From Isurus oxyrinchus (Eukaryota): a stretch of 64,000 nt of DNA. Below are positions 35,709 through 48,269 of this stretch, in pieces (position 1 is the first letter of the stretch; each line of letters starts with the position of its first letter). The stretch lies in assembly GCA_026770705.1 (NCBI GenBank), contig JANJGN010000033.1, positions 9,362,001-9,426,000 of the forward strand, written 5' to 3'. Both the position numbers and the translations under genes were made by a program. The notes beneath the pieces were generated by a model. The model searched no databases, was not told the origin of the DNA, and was given only the letters and a program-made list of their open reading frames with translations.

Positions 35709-38700
35709 GAGTGGAATTTTCCCAAATTGGCACCAAGCAAACCGAGATTTTACCCGTCGGGTACGATGGTGGGATTTCACCCTGCATTGTCCCAAACCCG
35801 CCTCATTATTTACACGCTCCCGGGAAACACTCCGATTCCACCGTGGGCAGGATCTCATTTGCCCGCCTGTCATCGATCCACCGTCGCATCACGCTGGCCG
35901 CCATGTTTGAAATCCAGTCACAAGAACATCGCTCATTGCTTCCAGCTCACCACCCAGTGCCCAGGAGATATGGCCAGCAATGGAAATAAGACTGGAGACC
36001 CCACCCCCTGCATCAACGACGGCTCCCTCGAGCGACTGTGCATGTGGAGGGGCTGACCTGGATGTCCTGTACGCCCCGCTCTGGCCACAGGTTGGGCAGC
36101 AATGTGACCAATCCAGCTTGGGAGGCGGTGTCAGCGCAAACCCCCTTCAGAAGAGAACAGACACCCAGTGTCACAAGAGGATGAATGATCTCCTCTGTTC
36201 CACCAGGGTAAGTCACTCTACTCATCACTCACAACTCACACACTCACAAACCCATCACACACCCACAGGGCCCTCACCCACTGCCTGTTTAAGGGACATC
36301 ACCATTCACTCTCTCACACTCACCGTCATTGTCCTCACCCTGTCCATGGGACCACTCACCACCCACACAGGCCGGGCATACTTATCATCTGGCCCGGCAG
36401 GTGTCCTGTTTACACCTTCTCCATATGTATCCATGCAGGACAAGCTGGCACACAACAAGAGGGAGAGGTCACAGACCGGTGGCAGAATGCCCGAAATCAA
36501 GGTCCTCATGGACTTTGGAAACAGAGCCATCCAGCTGGCTGGCGAGGATCTGGAGCGTTCCTGTGCTGACAGTGAGGTCAGTGCTGCTCCACCATGTGAG
36601 GATCCAGCAGTGCAACGTCCATCAGACAGCCGGGCCGTGAGTGATGTGTCTTCGTTCACAGGCCACTTCCATTCTCTCATTATCTCTCCTCTCTTCCACA
36701 GGCACATCTGCTAAACAGCCGACAGAGTCCATGACCCAGGGACTCCAGTCAAACCCCGAAGAGACCTCTGGAGTGGAATCTGGAGGCCCCCTCCCTGAAC
36801 TCCCATCACAGCCTCACCCAGACCCTCCACCAGCGCAGAGACACACACCTCGGAGGGACCTGGCTTTAGAGTAGCTCCTGGTGAGCACAAGCTGCTGTGC
36901 ACATCTCACTTTCTGATCCACAGCAGGTGGAGGCAGGGACTTCCCAGGTCCCCGGCACTCACAGGACTGCTGGAGGCCAGAACGTTGCTGAGTCCGAGTC
37001 AGATGATAAGCCTCTGGTCTCAGTCATTGCACTGTCACTGGAGCTGCACAGGCAAGCTGGGGAACATCAGGAAGGGATGTCTGCTGCACTCCTCAGATTG
37101 CAAGGCACGATGGAGGAGTCTCCGTCTTCAGTCTGAGGTGATAGCGCCGACATTGCCAATGCACCGAGGTCAACACTGGCAGGGTGGCAGCCACCATGGA
37201 GACCTTGGTCCAGGACATCACTCCTGCCCTGCTGCGTGGGCTGAACTCCATCACTGATACCATTGTTGGCCTGCAACAGTGTGTATGTGAGAGGGATGCT
37301 GGGCAGCTCGGTCTCACTCCAGCCACCCCTGCTCCACATGGAGTCAGCCTGGGGCCCTCGGGCACCCATAGGGAGGAGGATCAGCAGGTGTACACTCCGA
37401 GCCCACCCACCCAGGGGTCTCCGGGAGTGTCCGGCCCATCGACCGCCTGTTCCTGTGACCTCCATAGCTCCAGCTCCACAGGCCAAGGAGGGAGTCACTG
37501 CCACACAGCAGGACCCCGAAAGCAGGCCGGGGCCCTCCAAGTCTCAGCCCTCCAGAGGACTCCCGCCAGGGTCATCACAGACAGGGCTTCACAGTGAGCA
37601 GGCTGTCTCCACCTCCACTGTGGATGTCTGGGTAGCGGCAGGATTAGGAAGGTTAAGGGGAATTAGTTACACAGCCTGGACACGGGTGTTGATCACTTGT
37701 ACATAATGTTCACTATTGTCAATAAACTCCCAAGAATGCCTATGGCTCCTTGTTCTGATGAGCAGTGTTCTTGTCACTCAGATGTGAAACCTTTCTGCAC
37801 AAGATAAAGGCAGGTGTCTCAGTCCAGGGCCTCTTCCCTGTGTCTGTGCAGCCTTCAGACCACAGTGATGGTCCAGCCTCACACTCCCAGGAAACATTAC
37901 TGATGTCTGCACCTCGGTGGTGCTGGTCATTGCTGCCAGAATGTAGTGAGCAGGGCCACAGAGTTCTCCCATTCTCTCAATGTGCTCTCAGTGCCTGTAA
38001 AGTGAGGCTGGCCCCATCTCTTCAGCATCTGTGACCACTGATGCTGTTCTCCAGCTCCTGAAGGGCTCAGGTGCTGTAGGTGGACAAAGCATCAGATACT
38101 TCTAAAGTTTCATGGCTGTGTCTCTATGATATGACCCTGATCATGGAACGCAAGCGAGCTGTCCTCGGTCAGACAGGAGTCAGACATTCTCAGAGGCCAT
38201 GTGAAGATCTATGGAGTGTCCCCACTGCATCATCATCTCCCTGTGATTGAATGACTATTAGGGCCTCCACTGCATCTCCATGACAGGAGCATTCTCACAG
38301 AGACTACTCGTGCTGCCATAAGCCAGACTGGAGTCAAACGTTCACAACTGGGATGTGAGGGTCTACGGAGACACCTTATTGCATCTGGTCATCATCCACC
38401 ACAAATCTAGCAGCTATGAGGGACTCCTGAGTGTGCCATCCTCATCTGGCCAGTACGAGGGCCTCATCCCCGTCATTGTCACCTCCAAGGACCTCTTCAC
38501 CCTCAAGTTTCTCATCAGAGGAGATGCGCAGCTACACCATCTCCTCCTCAGCCAGCTCCTCTCCCTGTTGCAGTGCCAGGTTGTAAAGGGTGCAGCAGAT
38601 GACGATGTGTGAGACTCTCTGTGGACTGTATTGCAGGGCTCCCCCAGACCGGTCCAGGCACCGGAACCTCATCTCAAGCGTCCCGATGGTCTGCTCCACC

Positions 38701-39209
38701 AAGTTGTGAGTTGCTGCATGAGCCTCATTATAGCGTCACTCTGCTGCAGTCCGAGGCTGCTGCACGGGTGTCATCAGTCACTGTCTCTGTGGGTAACCCT
38801 TGTCCCTGAGGAGCCATCCCTGCAGCCTCTGTGGACCCTGGAAGACTCCAGGGATTTGTCAGCGACTCAGGATGTAGAAGTCGTTCATTCCCTGGAAAGC
38901 ATGTGCATTCCTGTAGGATGTGTTTCTGTTGGTCCCACACCAGCTACACGTTCAGCGAGTGGAAACTCTTGCGGTTGATGAAGTCCAACTGCTCCGCAGT
39001 CCATTAAAGTGGCCGCAGACATGCAGCCTGTGCCAGGGTGCTGGGTGGGTAAGGCCTGGAGGGCTTGGTGGCACATTGGTGCCTCCGCATTGCTTGTGTG
39101 GGCGGGCAGGCTAGGAGGCCGACCCGACAATATCACTGTGGCTGTGCCTGACCTGTCCCGGTTGCAGAGGAAAGGTCAGTTTATACAGGTGTCCCTCCCG
39201 TGTGGACAC
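35709..39209. mobile_element. Decayed PIF/Harbinger transposon, copy 2 (right end missing), in intron 1 of gene B
   Basis: Plus-strand Myb/SANT-like remnant (KRTDTQCHKRMNDL; intron 36208-36438; DKLAHNKRERSQTGG) convergent with a minus-strand HARBI1-type nuclease remnant, the two-gene Harbinger layout. Collinear with copy 1 from about 36730. The left boundary is approximate. Confidence 0.85.
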
Positions 39210-40472
39210 TTCCCTCGCTTACCCCAACCCCCACTCCAATTGGCTGTGCGTGGGATCTAATGCTAGAGCAGCAGTTGTCACCCCCAAACCCCCTTCGACA
39301 ACCGTCAACTCTGAGTCTGTGCAGCAGTTGCCCCTGGACACACCCCACCTGACAACAGTCGTCTCCGAGGCTGGGAGCGACTGTCACACACTCAGTACAT
39401 CTGAGTAGTTAGTTCTGCTTTTCTCTTTCCTGTTTCTCTAATCTCACAACCTCCTCCGGTTATGAAATCCTCTCCTCTCATCAACTGCTGGTGACCGAGG
39501 CTGATTATTGTGTCCAGGACCAGACTGAGGATCGACATTGGATCCCAGGACACTGGTAAGTGGGGGCAGGATGGGAGGGGCGTTCAGAGAGAGGGGGATC
39601 GCTGGGGATCAGGGGGTGTGGAGGGGCACTGTGGGGGAACAATGGTGGTAACTTTCAGCGGTGCACTCTCTTCCTGAGGTCAGGGCCCTAGAGAAGACAC
39701 TCGGTGTCTGTGAACGAGGGTCACCCACCCATTCTTCAGCCAGAAGTCCCGAGCGGATGATCCATCTCAGCCTCCTCCGCAGGTCCCAGCTTCACAGATA
39801 CCATCTTCAGCCAATTTGATTCACTTCACATGATCGCAAGAAACAGCTGAAGGCACCGGATGGAGCAGAGGCTATGACAATAGTATTGAAGACTTGTTTT
39901 CCAGAACTAGCCATGGCCCAAGCCAAGTTGTCCGAGTACAGCTATATCACTACCCAAAAAACTAACATTCACACCACACATGTGCCAGGCAATGACCACC
40001 TTCAAGAAGAGAGATACTAAGCATCTCCCTTTCATGTTCAATGGCATCACCATCACTGAATCCCCCACTATCAACATCCTGGGGGTTACCATTGACCAGA
40101 AACTGAACTGGACCAGCCATATAAATATTGTGGCTACAAGAGCAGGTCAGAGGCTGGAAATCCTGCAATGAGTAACTCACCTCCTGACTCCCCAAAGCCT
40201 GTCCACCATCTACAAGGCACAAGTCAGGAGTGTGATGGAATACTCCCCACTTGCCTGGATGAATGCAGCTACCACAACACTCAAAAAACTCAACACAGTT
40301 CAAGACAAATAAGGATCAGCACCACATCCACCACTTTAAAAGTTGACCTTCTGCACCATTGGAGCATCGTAACAGTGACTTCAATAAGATCATGGCTGGC
40401 CTGATTATCACTTTAATTATACTTTCATTCCTCATATCGTGTGGCTCTCCTCAGGATTAAGCTTGTCGTAAT

Positions 40473-41147
40473 CCCTGGGGAGACAGGAGAGTCAGTGTGG
40501 GAGCCCCTGGGGGAGACAGGAGTGTCAGTGTGGGAGACCCTGGGGGAGACAGGAGTGTCAGTGTGGGAGACCCTGGGGGAGACAGGAGTGTCAGTGTGGG
40601 AGACCCTGGGGGAGACAGGCGAGTCAGTGTGGGAGACCCTGGGGGAGAGAGGAGTGTCAGTGTGGGAGACCCTGGGGGAGACAGGAGTGTCAGTGTGGGA
40701 GACACTGTGGGAGACAGGAGTGTCAGTGTGGGAGACCCTGGGGGAGACAGGAGTGTCAGTGTGGGAGACCCTGGGGGAGACAGGAGTGTCAGTGTGGGAG
40801 ACCCTGGGGAGACAGGAGTGTCAGTGTGGGAGACCCTGGGGGAGACAGGAGTGTCAGTGTGGGAGACCCTGGGGGAGACAGCAGTGTCAGTGTGGGAGAC
40901 CCTGGGGGAGACAGGAGTGTCAGTGTGGGAGACCCTGGGGGAGACAGGAGTGTCAGTGTGGGAGACACTGTGGGAGACAGGAGTGTCAGTGTGGGAGACC
41001 CTGGGGGAGACAGGAGTGTCAGTGTGGGAGACACTGTGGGAGACAGGAGTGTCAGTGTGGGAGACCCTGGGGGAGACAGGAGTGTCAGTGTGGGAGACCC
41101 TGGGGAGACAGGAGTGTCAGTGTGGGAGACCCTGGGGGAGACAGGAG
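40473..41147. repeat. 33-bp minisatellite, about 20 units, in probable intron 1 of gene B
   Basis: Same unit; left flank (aggattaagcttgtcgta) is shared with 741 and 26338. Confidence 0.95.
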
Positions 41148-41738
41148 AAACCATTCTCCCCTGTCTTTCCCTCTCCGTTCCCTTGCCCTCCCATCCGCCC
41201 TCCTCAGTTCTCCTCTCCCGTTTTTACCTCCCCTCCTCTCACCCTGTGTCCAGTCTCCCTGTGTTCCGGTGAGGCAGCCTTCAAATTCCCCTCACCCATC
41301 GCCGTCAGAGTTAAAACACCCGCTCGCTGTGGGGTTAAACTCAACAGGGTGCTTTCCATGTTGCCCGTGCAGATAGCTCCCCCCCCCTCCATCTCCCGAT
41401 CGCGACTTCCTGATTAACCCCATCGGTCACTCTCGGCCCACTGGCTTCCTTAGGCTTCATCACACCCCACCCCCCAGAATCTGCTGTCCTGTATCCTAAC
41501 CCATTCCAAATCCTGCTCTCCCGTCACCAGCCCTGTGCCCATGAACCCACACTGACTCCCTGTTCAACAACACCTCCCGTTAAAAACGATCACCCTCTCC
41601 CTAACTCGATAATCTCCTAGAGCCCTCCGAGATCTCCTCCAATTTGAGCCTCTTCCATATTCTTCACTCCCCTTTGAGTCTACGTTAGGGAGTGTTCCTT
41701 CAGTTATCTCAGCCCAAAGTTCTGCAACTTCCTCCCCA

Positions 41739-41741
<3 letters not shown>

Positions 41742-41777
<36 letters not shown>

Positions 41778-41840
41778 GACTCTCTCTCACTCTCTCTCTC
41801 TGCCTGGCTCGCTCTCTCTCTCTCTCTCTCTCTCTTTCTC
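41742..41840. repeat. (CT)n microsatellite, interrupted
   Basis: Direct inspection. Confidence 0.9.
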
Positions 41841-42221
41841 CCTGTTCCTTCAAGATCCTCCTTAACACATATCCCTTTGACCAGTCATTGGGTCTCCCCT
41901 CCTAATATCTCCTTTGGCACTGTGCTCCTTTTATGAAGATGATTCTGGCGAACGCCTTGGAATGCCTCTCTTTGTTAAAAGGGGCTTTTCCTGCTGCTGT
42001 TGTTGTTGTTGTTGTTTTGGTTCCTCCTTCACTCTTCGACCTGGGTGTGCATCACTCAGTGCCAGATGGTTTAACCAACCTTCCATCAAATGGAAAGCCT
42101 GGAGCAGCTTTTGGGGAGGGTCCGCCAGGCTCCGTGTCTTTGGGAGGGGCTGGATGGGCGATGAGAAGCTGCAGGGAGGGTATAAAGCAGGGGGCAGGAA
42201 AATCAAATAAGGTTTACTCAC

Positions 42222-42264
42222 CGACGGGGAGGCACAGAAGGATCAGACGGATGGCAGAGTCCAT
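42222..42264 (-). CDS. Gene B exon 1 (probable): leader exon
   Basis: gcaATG…MDSAIRLILLCLPV G|gtgagt, 43 nt, phase 1, homologous to the gene A leader. It is the only intact leader I found upstream of V exon B. Confidence 0.75.
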
Positions 42265-43023
42265 TGCTTCCCCTCAGCTCACTCTGAGGGTTTGGAGGAG
42301 TCTTCGCCGATCAGTGTTAAACAACAAGTTCTCCTTTTCTCCTTCCTGTTTCTCGAATCGCATGCCTGTCTCCAGTTAGGAAATCATCCCTCCACATCAG
42401 CTCCCTCCCACTGCCCCGGACCTGAGCTCTGGGCATGCTCCTGGTATCCGCCCAATCAGCAGCCAAATTGTGAGCACAACCGAGGCACGTTAACATTAAC
42501 AGATGGCGGAACTGTGGGGTGAATGAACGACATCACGTGCCCCACCTCTTCATTTCTCTCTCCTCTTCTTCATGGCCATACTGGCCGAGAGTCTACGCTG
42601 ATTGGCTCAACTCTAATCAGGGGAAGAGAGGTGATATTGGAAGAAACAAAGCCAGAGGTTGAGGAATGTTAACCATAAATCCCATGAGGAGGATAGCAAT
42701 GAACCTGAAGGGGACATAGACTGGTGGGTGAGTGGCAGATGAAAGTGGCAGAGATGTGTCAAGTGGTGCATTTTGTTAGGAAGAACAAGACAAAATAACG
42801 GATAACATTTTAAAGGGGGCGCAGGGGCTGTGAGGTACATGTGCTTAAATCGTTGCAGGTGGCTGGGCCAATGAGAAAGTGGTTCATAAAGTATTTGGCA
42901 TTATGTTCTTTATAAATGGAGGCAAACAGAGTTCAAAAGCAAGCTATCGTGAAGCTTTAAAAAACACTGTTTCAGCCTCAACTGGACTACTGTGTCCAGT
43001 TCTGGGCGCTGCACTTTAGGAAG

Positions 43024-44889
43024 TGACATGATACAGCAGGTGGTATATGCTAGGCTGACCAAATCCACAAGGTAAACTTGGCCACACTATCACAACAATT
43101 TCGCAATTGGTATTTATTACGGAAGGCTTGTGCACTGAAGCCAGAAGTGATGAGCCCACTACTTCTGAGATTTTTAAAGATTAAATTAAAGCATTCATTA
43201 ACTAAAGAAGAACAAACTTGAGTACACACAAGATTACAGTGACACAGTTCCCAAAATTTCTACTTAACCAGACTCCCAACTACACACCCCCTTTAAGGCA
43301 ACAGTTGAAATAGATTCCAACTTTATAAAGTCATCCAAGCAATTTTACCACAAGCACCCACCGGACAATGGACTTCCTAAGGCTTTTAACACAACTTTGG
43401 TTACCGGAACAGCAAACTTTGGCAGGGTAGCTAGAGACTTTTCCCCAGGTCCTATTTCACACAGCCGCCTTTCAACATCTCGCACAGCCATGCATCACGC
43501 AGCCTTCCATCCTTCTTTAAATATAGTTTATTCCTTTTTGATTGGTAAACCCCATTGTTTCCACTTTCCTTTAGAAGTTACGTTTCCTAGAATATAAAAA
43601 TTTTTCATGTTATCATGGTGGTCAGCACTTTTGGGGAAAATCAATGTAATATCCATTGGCCATTAATTTATCTTGTCAGTTGTAAACATTTCCCATGTCC
43701 TTTTGAAAATCAAACACTCCCCACTTATCTAAAAATACAAATTTCATTCACACCTTCTCTGCTGAGACTTCACCCTAGTTCATTAATCTCTATTGCAAAC
43801 ACCTATGTTACACCTCACATCTTTTGATAATGTAAACCTTGCAGCCTAATTGTCTCTAGTTTAATTAAATCAACCATGCACAGAGAACCATACATACACA
43901 CACACACAAACACACATACACACTGTAAGGAATATATCTTTTTATTTCTGTTGGACTGTGGATTAAAATTCCAATGGCTGCAGGATGAAAGACATGTCCA
44001 CTGGAACAGGATAAGAAATATATTCAATGTTGCAGTCCTGGAACAGAGTGTGCCATGAAAGACAGAATGGTGCCAGAAAGGAGTCCTGGACCAAGGGAGC
44101 TGCCTGACAACAGTGTTTTAATTGGCTCCTGACCAGGTGACCAGGTTTGTGTGATTGCAGCAGAATGGCTCCCAGCCTGAAAGGAACAAGACCTAAAACC
44201 TCTGTCACCTGTGTGTGGAAGGTTCTGGTATTTCCACAATAATAGATGGCTGTTTTGTTTTTTTCTCATATCTCTATAACCTGCTCTCTCTCTCTGAAAA
44301 CCCCTGTCAAGAGGCAAAGGGAAAAATCACTGTTTGAGCAGTTGCCTTTCAATGTTTCTATCAATGAACTGCAGACTGAAAGTGTTGGAAGACCACCTCG
44401 TGTCAGCAACAAGAACTTAAAGGAATTTGGAATTTATTGATTAAAATCAACCCATCAAAATCTGTACTCCAGAATTGGTGCTTTTGAACTGTTTTAACCC
44501 ACCCTTAAAATCCATGATTTGTATCTCTTATGTGTCTTGTGTGTATATAGGGATTTAACAAGGGGTAGAGATTAAGTTATAGTGTTAGAAGTTAGCAGGA
44601 CATATTTCTTTATTTTGCCACTGGTTAACAACAGTTTGTTCAATAAACAATTATTTACCTATTAAGTTTGCAAACCTGGTCTTCGTATCCTGTTAACCTA
44701 AATTAAACAGTTAGGTAGAATTGGGACAATTTGATAGTTAGATCAAACTTTTTCACATGTGTCATGGCTCAGGGAACAGTGGGGCTTAATATTACAATGC
44801 ACTATCCCCAGTGAGTCACACACACGTACACAAGCCTGCTTTAAAATATCCCACAATAATATTAGGAAAAACATGTTAGTGCCATGACA
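43024..44889. mobile_element. Solo-LTR-like insertion with a second LTR-like insert nested at about 43924-44820
   Basis: Termini tgacatg…catgaca with a gaag duplication on both sides (43020-43023, 44890-44893). It interrupts a CR1 fragment (about 42690-43023 and 44905-45560). Confidence 0.6.
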
Positions 44890-46199
44890 GAAGAATGTAA
44901 ATTCATGAGAATGGTTCCAGGGAAGAGGGACTTTGGTTATGTGGATAGATTGGAGAAGTTGGAACTGTTTCCCTTGGTGAAGAGAAGATTAAGAGGAGAT
45001 TTGATAGAGGCATTCAAAATCATGAGGGGCGTGCACAGGATAAATAGGGAGAAACTGTTCTCTCAGAGGATCATGAGTCTTTGGAGCTCTCTTCCCTGGA
45101 GAACGGTGGAGGTAGAGTCATTGAACTTTTTTTAAGGCTGAGATAGATAGATTCTTCACTAAAACGAGAGTGAAAGGTTATCGGGGGTAGGCGGAATGTG
45201 GAATTGAGGCCACAATCACATCAGCCATGATTTTATTGAATGATGGAACAAGCTTGAGGGGCCGAATGGCCTCCTCCTGTTCCTAATTCATATGTTCATA
45301 ATGTCAGCCGGGTCAAGTTGCCACTGATTAAGATGAATGGGATAAGAATCATTGGTGACATGAGGAAAACCTTTTTACACAGCGAGCAGTTAGGACCTGT
45401 AATGCACTGTCTGAGACTAAGGTGGAGGCAGGTTTAATCATGGTTTTCCAAAGAGAATTGGATAATTATCTGAAGAGAGAAAGTTTGCATGGATACAGGG
45501 AAAAGGCAAGGGCAGTAGGACCAGGGGACATGCTCTTGCAGAGGGCTGGCATGTACACGAGGGGTGGAATGGCCTCCTTCTCCCCTGCAATAGCACCCTC
45601 TTGTGGTCATTGACATATGTTTGTATCAAAATCAAAACTGTTAAGGATAGGAGGGGGATTAATTAAATTTGATTTCTCCTCTCACCACCCACCTGTAAAG
45701 AGGAAGATATTTTTGATTCCTGATTGCTCCTTTTATAAGTGGTGGTGTAGTTTCCCCAACACTTCAGTTTGGAGTGATCCAATACCCTATTAATAATCCA
45801 ACTGCAATCTTCAGATAAGGTCAAATAAGAGGCTCGGTTTATTTTACACACACACAAAACACAGGAATGGAGGTTCACAATGTCTGCCCCTTTTTGCACT
45901 CATAAAATAAAAGAGGGATAAAGGAAAGCAAGGGGCATGGGACAAAGCCAGGATAAAAATAAGAGTTATGGTTTCTCTAGAGTCTAAGTCAGATTAACAT
46001 ACACATGGTTCTATCTCTGTTCAATAGGCTGCCAATTGGAGTTCCTTCAACACCCGGAATCTTTCAAAGGCCGAAGGACCAAATTTTGCAAGGAATTCTG
46101 GGAGCAGCGTGCGATTTTTTTTTTTGGGTGACGTACTGATTTCAGTTACAAACAGGCTGACCCATGATGACAGATGGAATAAGATGCTCCAGTGTTTGG

Positions 46200-46800
46200 T
46201 CCGGAGTTCAGGAATTCTGCGATGAGTAACTCACATCCTGACTCCCTAAAGCATGTCCACCATCTACAAGGCACAAGTCAGGAGTGTGATGGAATATTCT
46301 CCACTTGCCTGGATGAGTGCAGCTCCCACAACACTCAAGAAGCTCGACACCATCCAGGGCAAAGCAGCCTCGCTTGATTGGCACCACATCCACAAGCATT
46401 CACTCGCTCCACCACCGACACACAGTAGCAGCAGTGTGTGTACCATCCACAAGATGCACCGTAGCAACACACCAAGGCTTTTCTGACTGCAATTTCCAAA
46501 ATGACTACAATCTAGCAGGGCAAGGGCAGCAGACAGATGGGAACACCACCACCTGGAAGTTCCCCTCCGAGCCACTCACCATCCTGACTTGGAAATATAT
46601 CGGCCGTTCCTTCACTGTCACTGGGTCAAAATCCTGGAACTCCCTCCCTAACAGCATTGTGGGTGTACCTACACCACATGGACTGCAGTGGTTCAAGAAG
46701 GCAGCTCACCACCACCTTCTCAAGGGGGCAATTAGGGATGGGCAATAAATGCTGACCCAGCCAGCAAAGCCCACATCCCTGTAAATGAATAAAAAAAACT
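46200..46800 (+). mobile_element. LINE 3' end of the same family (other pieces: 290-600, 4975-5270, 6165-6335, 39733-40330, 56810-57310, 60895-61030)
   Basis: STIYKAQVRSVMEYSPLAWMSAAPTTLKKLDTIQ, then tail, AATAAA and an A-run. Confidence 0.88.
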
Positions 46801-47619
46801 AAGACACGCAAATGTGAAAGGTTTCAAAACCCTGTCAAGTATTGGGGGGTCACAGGGTAGATGGAGGTGGCTACATCATATCTAGGGTAAGGTTCAAGCA
46901 ACAGGAAATGCATCACATCCTCAGGATATCTCTGAGCTAGGATCTGTTTTTGGGGATTACAACAGTAATTTGGCAGCGCTAGAGTTCCACCATATCATCC
47001 AGCCTCAAATGGGGCAGCAGAACACACAGTACAAAATCGTTGGGCATGCTCTTGTTAAACGAATGCTAGATTGGAATTGGAAGAACAATTGGAAGAAACG
47101 TCAATTGTCATTGAACCACGAATTGGACAATACATTGTTTATTTTACTGTAACACACCTTACATGGCCACTGGCAGATTGCAGGCTGCACCATTCTTTAG
47201 AAGACAGCCTAGAAGGAGGTTTTCATTGCTGTATCCACATTTAGCACCGTCAGTGGAAGAGAAATAATCCAGGCAGAAAGGAAATCATGGTAGCGGTAGA
47301 GTGAGAGGAAGGAGTGTGAAGTTGAACCAGAAGGTTAAGGGTGAAAGGTCACCATCACAGGCGGTTGAAGTGGCTACCAGTAAGAATTGTGAAAGCATGT
47401 TCTCCTGGCGCTGTTTGGTCCAGATGTTTGGTAGTAGAAAGGTTAGGCCTGTACTTATTGATCGCGTTTTTATGTTCAGAGATTCAGGAAGAAGAAAGGA
47501 GTTGGGAAGAATCAAATGAACCCGTTGAACTGGGTAGTTAGGATACGAGAAGAGTGGCAATAATTACTCCAAAGCCAGTTGTGCCTGAAGCCAGTTCAAA
47601 TGCGAGTCAGAGCCAGACA

Positions 47620-48140
47620 AGTATGTCTGATAAAGTGGAAAATGCAATCGAAGGCCAAGGGCCAACAAAGTTGGTTAAGTTGGATTTGTAAATAAATGAG
47701 AAACAAGAAATGCACACAAAGAGTAAAACGAAGTAACTTTGACCGGTGGATACGGGTATTAAAGATAGCGCTGACATATGCAGCTCTGAGAGAGATCTTT
47801 CTATTGGAAGAATTGAAAGATTCAGTTCCTTTGGTAGCGAGAGCTCATGTGGAGGAACAGAGGGTTCAAACACTAAGACAAGCAGCAGAGATAGCTGACC
47901 ATTGTGAGTCACTTCGTAGATCTAAATCATTTTTTGTCGCTCTTTTACCTCAGGGAAGGATAGAAAATGGGAAGGTGAAACAAAGAAGAAGGAGCGGGTG
48001 GAAATTCGCAGCAAGTTTTTTCTCAGAATAAAAAGGAAGGGGCTGAGGGTAGAAGTGACATTCGAAAATTGAGGTGTTTTCACTGTAATAAAGTTGGACA
48101 CACGGAGTCAGTGTGCTGGAAATTACAGGGAAAATCTATT
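47620..48140 (+). mobile_element. Gypsy-type gag remnant with zinc knuckle
   Basis: FDRWIR…LREIFLLEELKDSVP…AAEIADH followed by CFHCNKVGHTESVCW (CX2CX4HX4C) at about 48075-48120. Confidence 0.75.
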
Positions 48141-48269
48141 GCAGAATAGTTCCTTCAAGGGGAAGAGAGTCACTTTAAATTGAACTACACGGAGCCCATC
48201 CAGGAATTTCCCGAATGAAGACCATAGCAGGCAGCTATCGAGGGTGATCTAGGGTGGATGGCGAAATAG

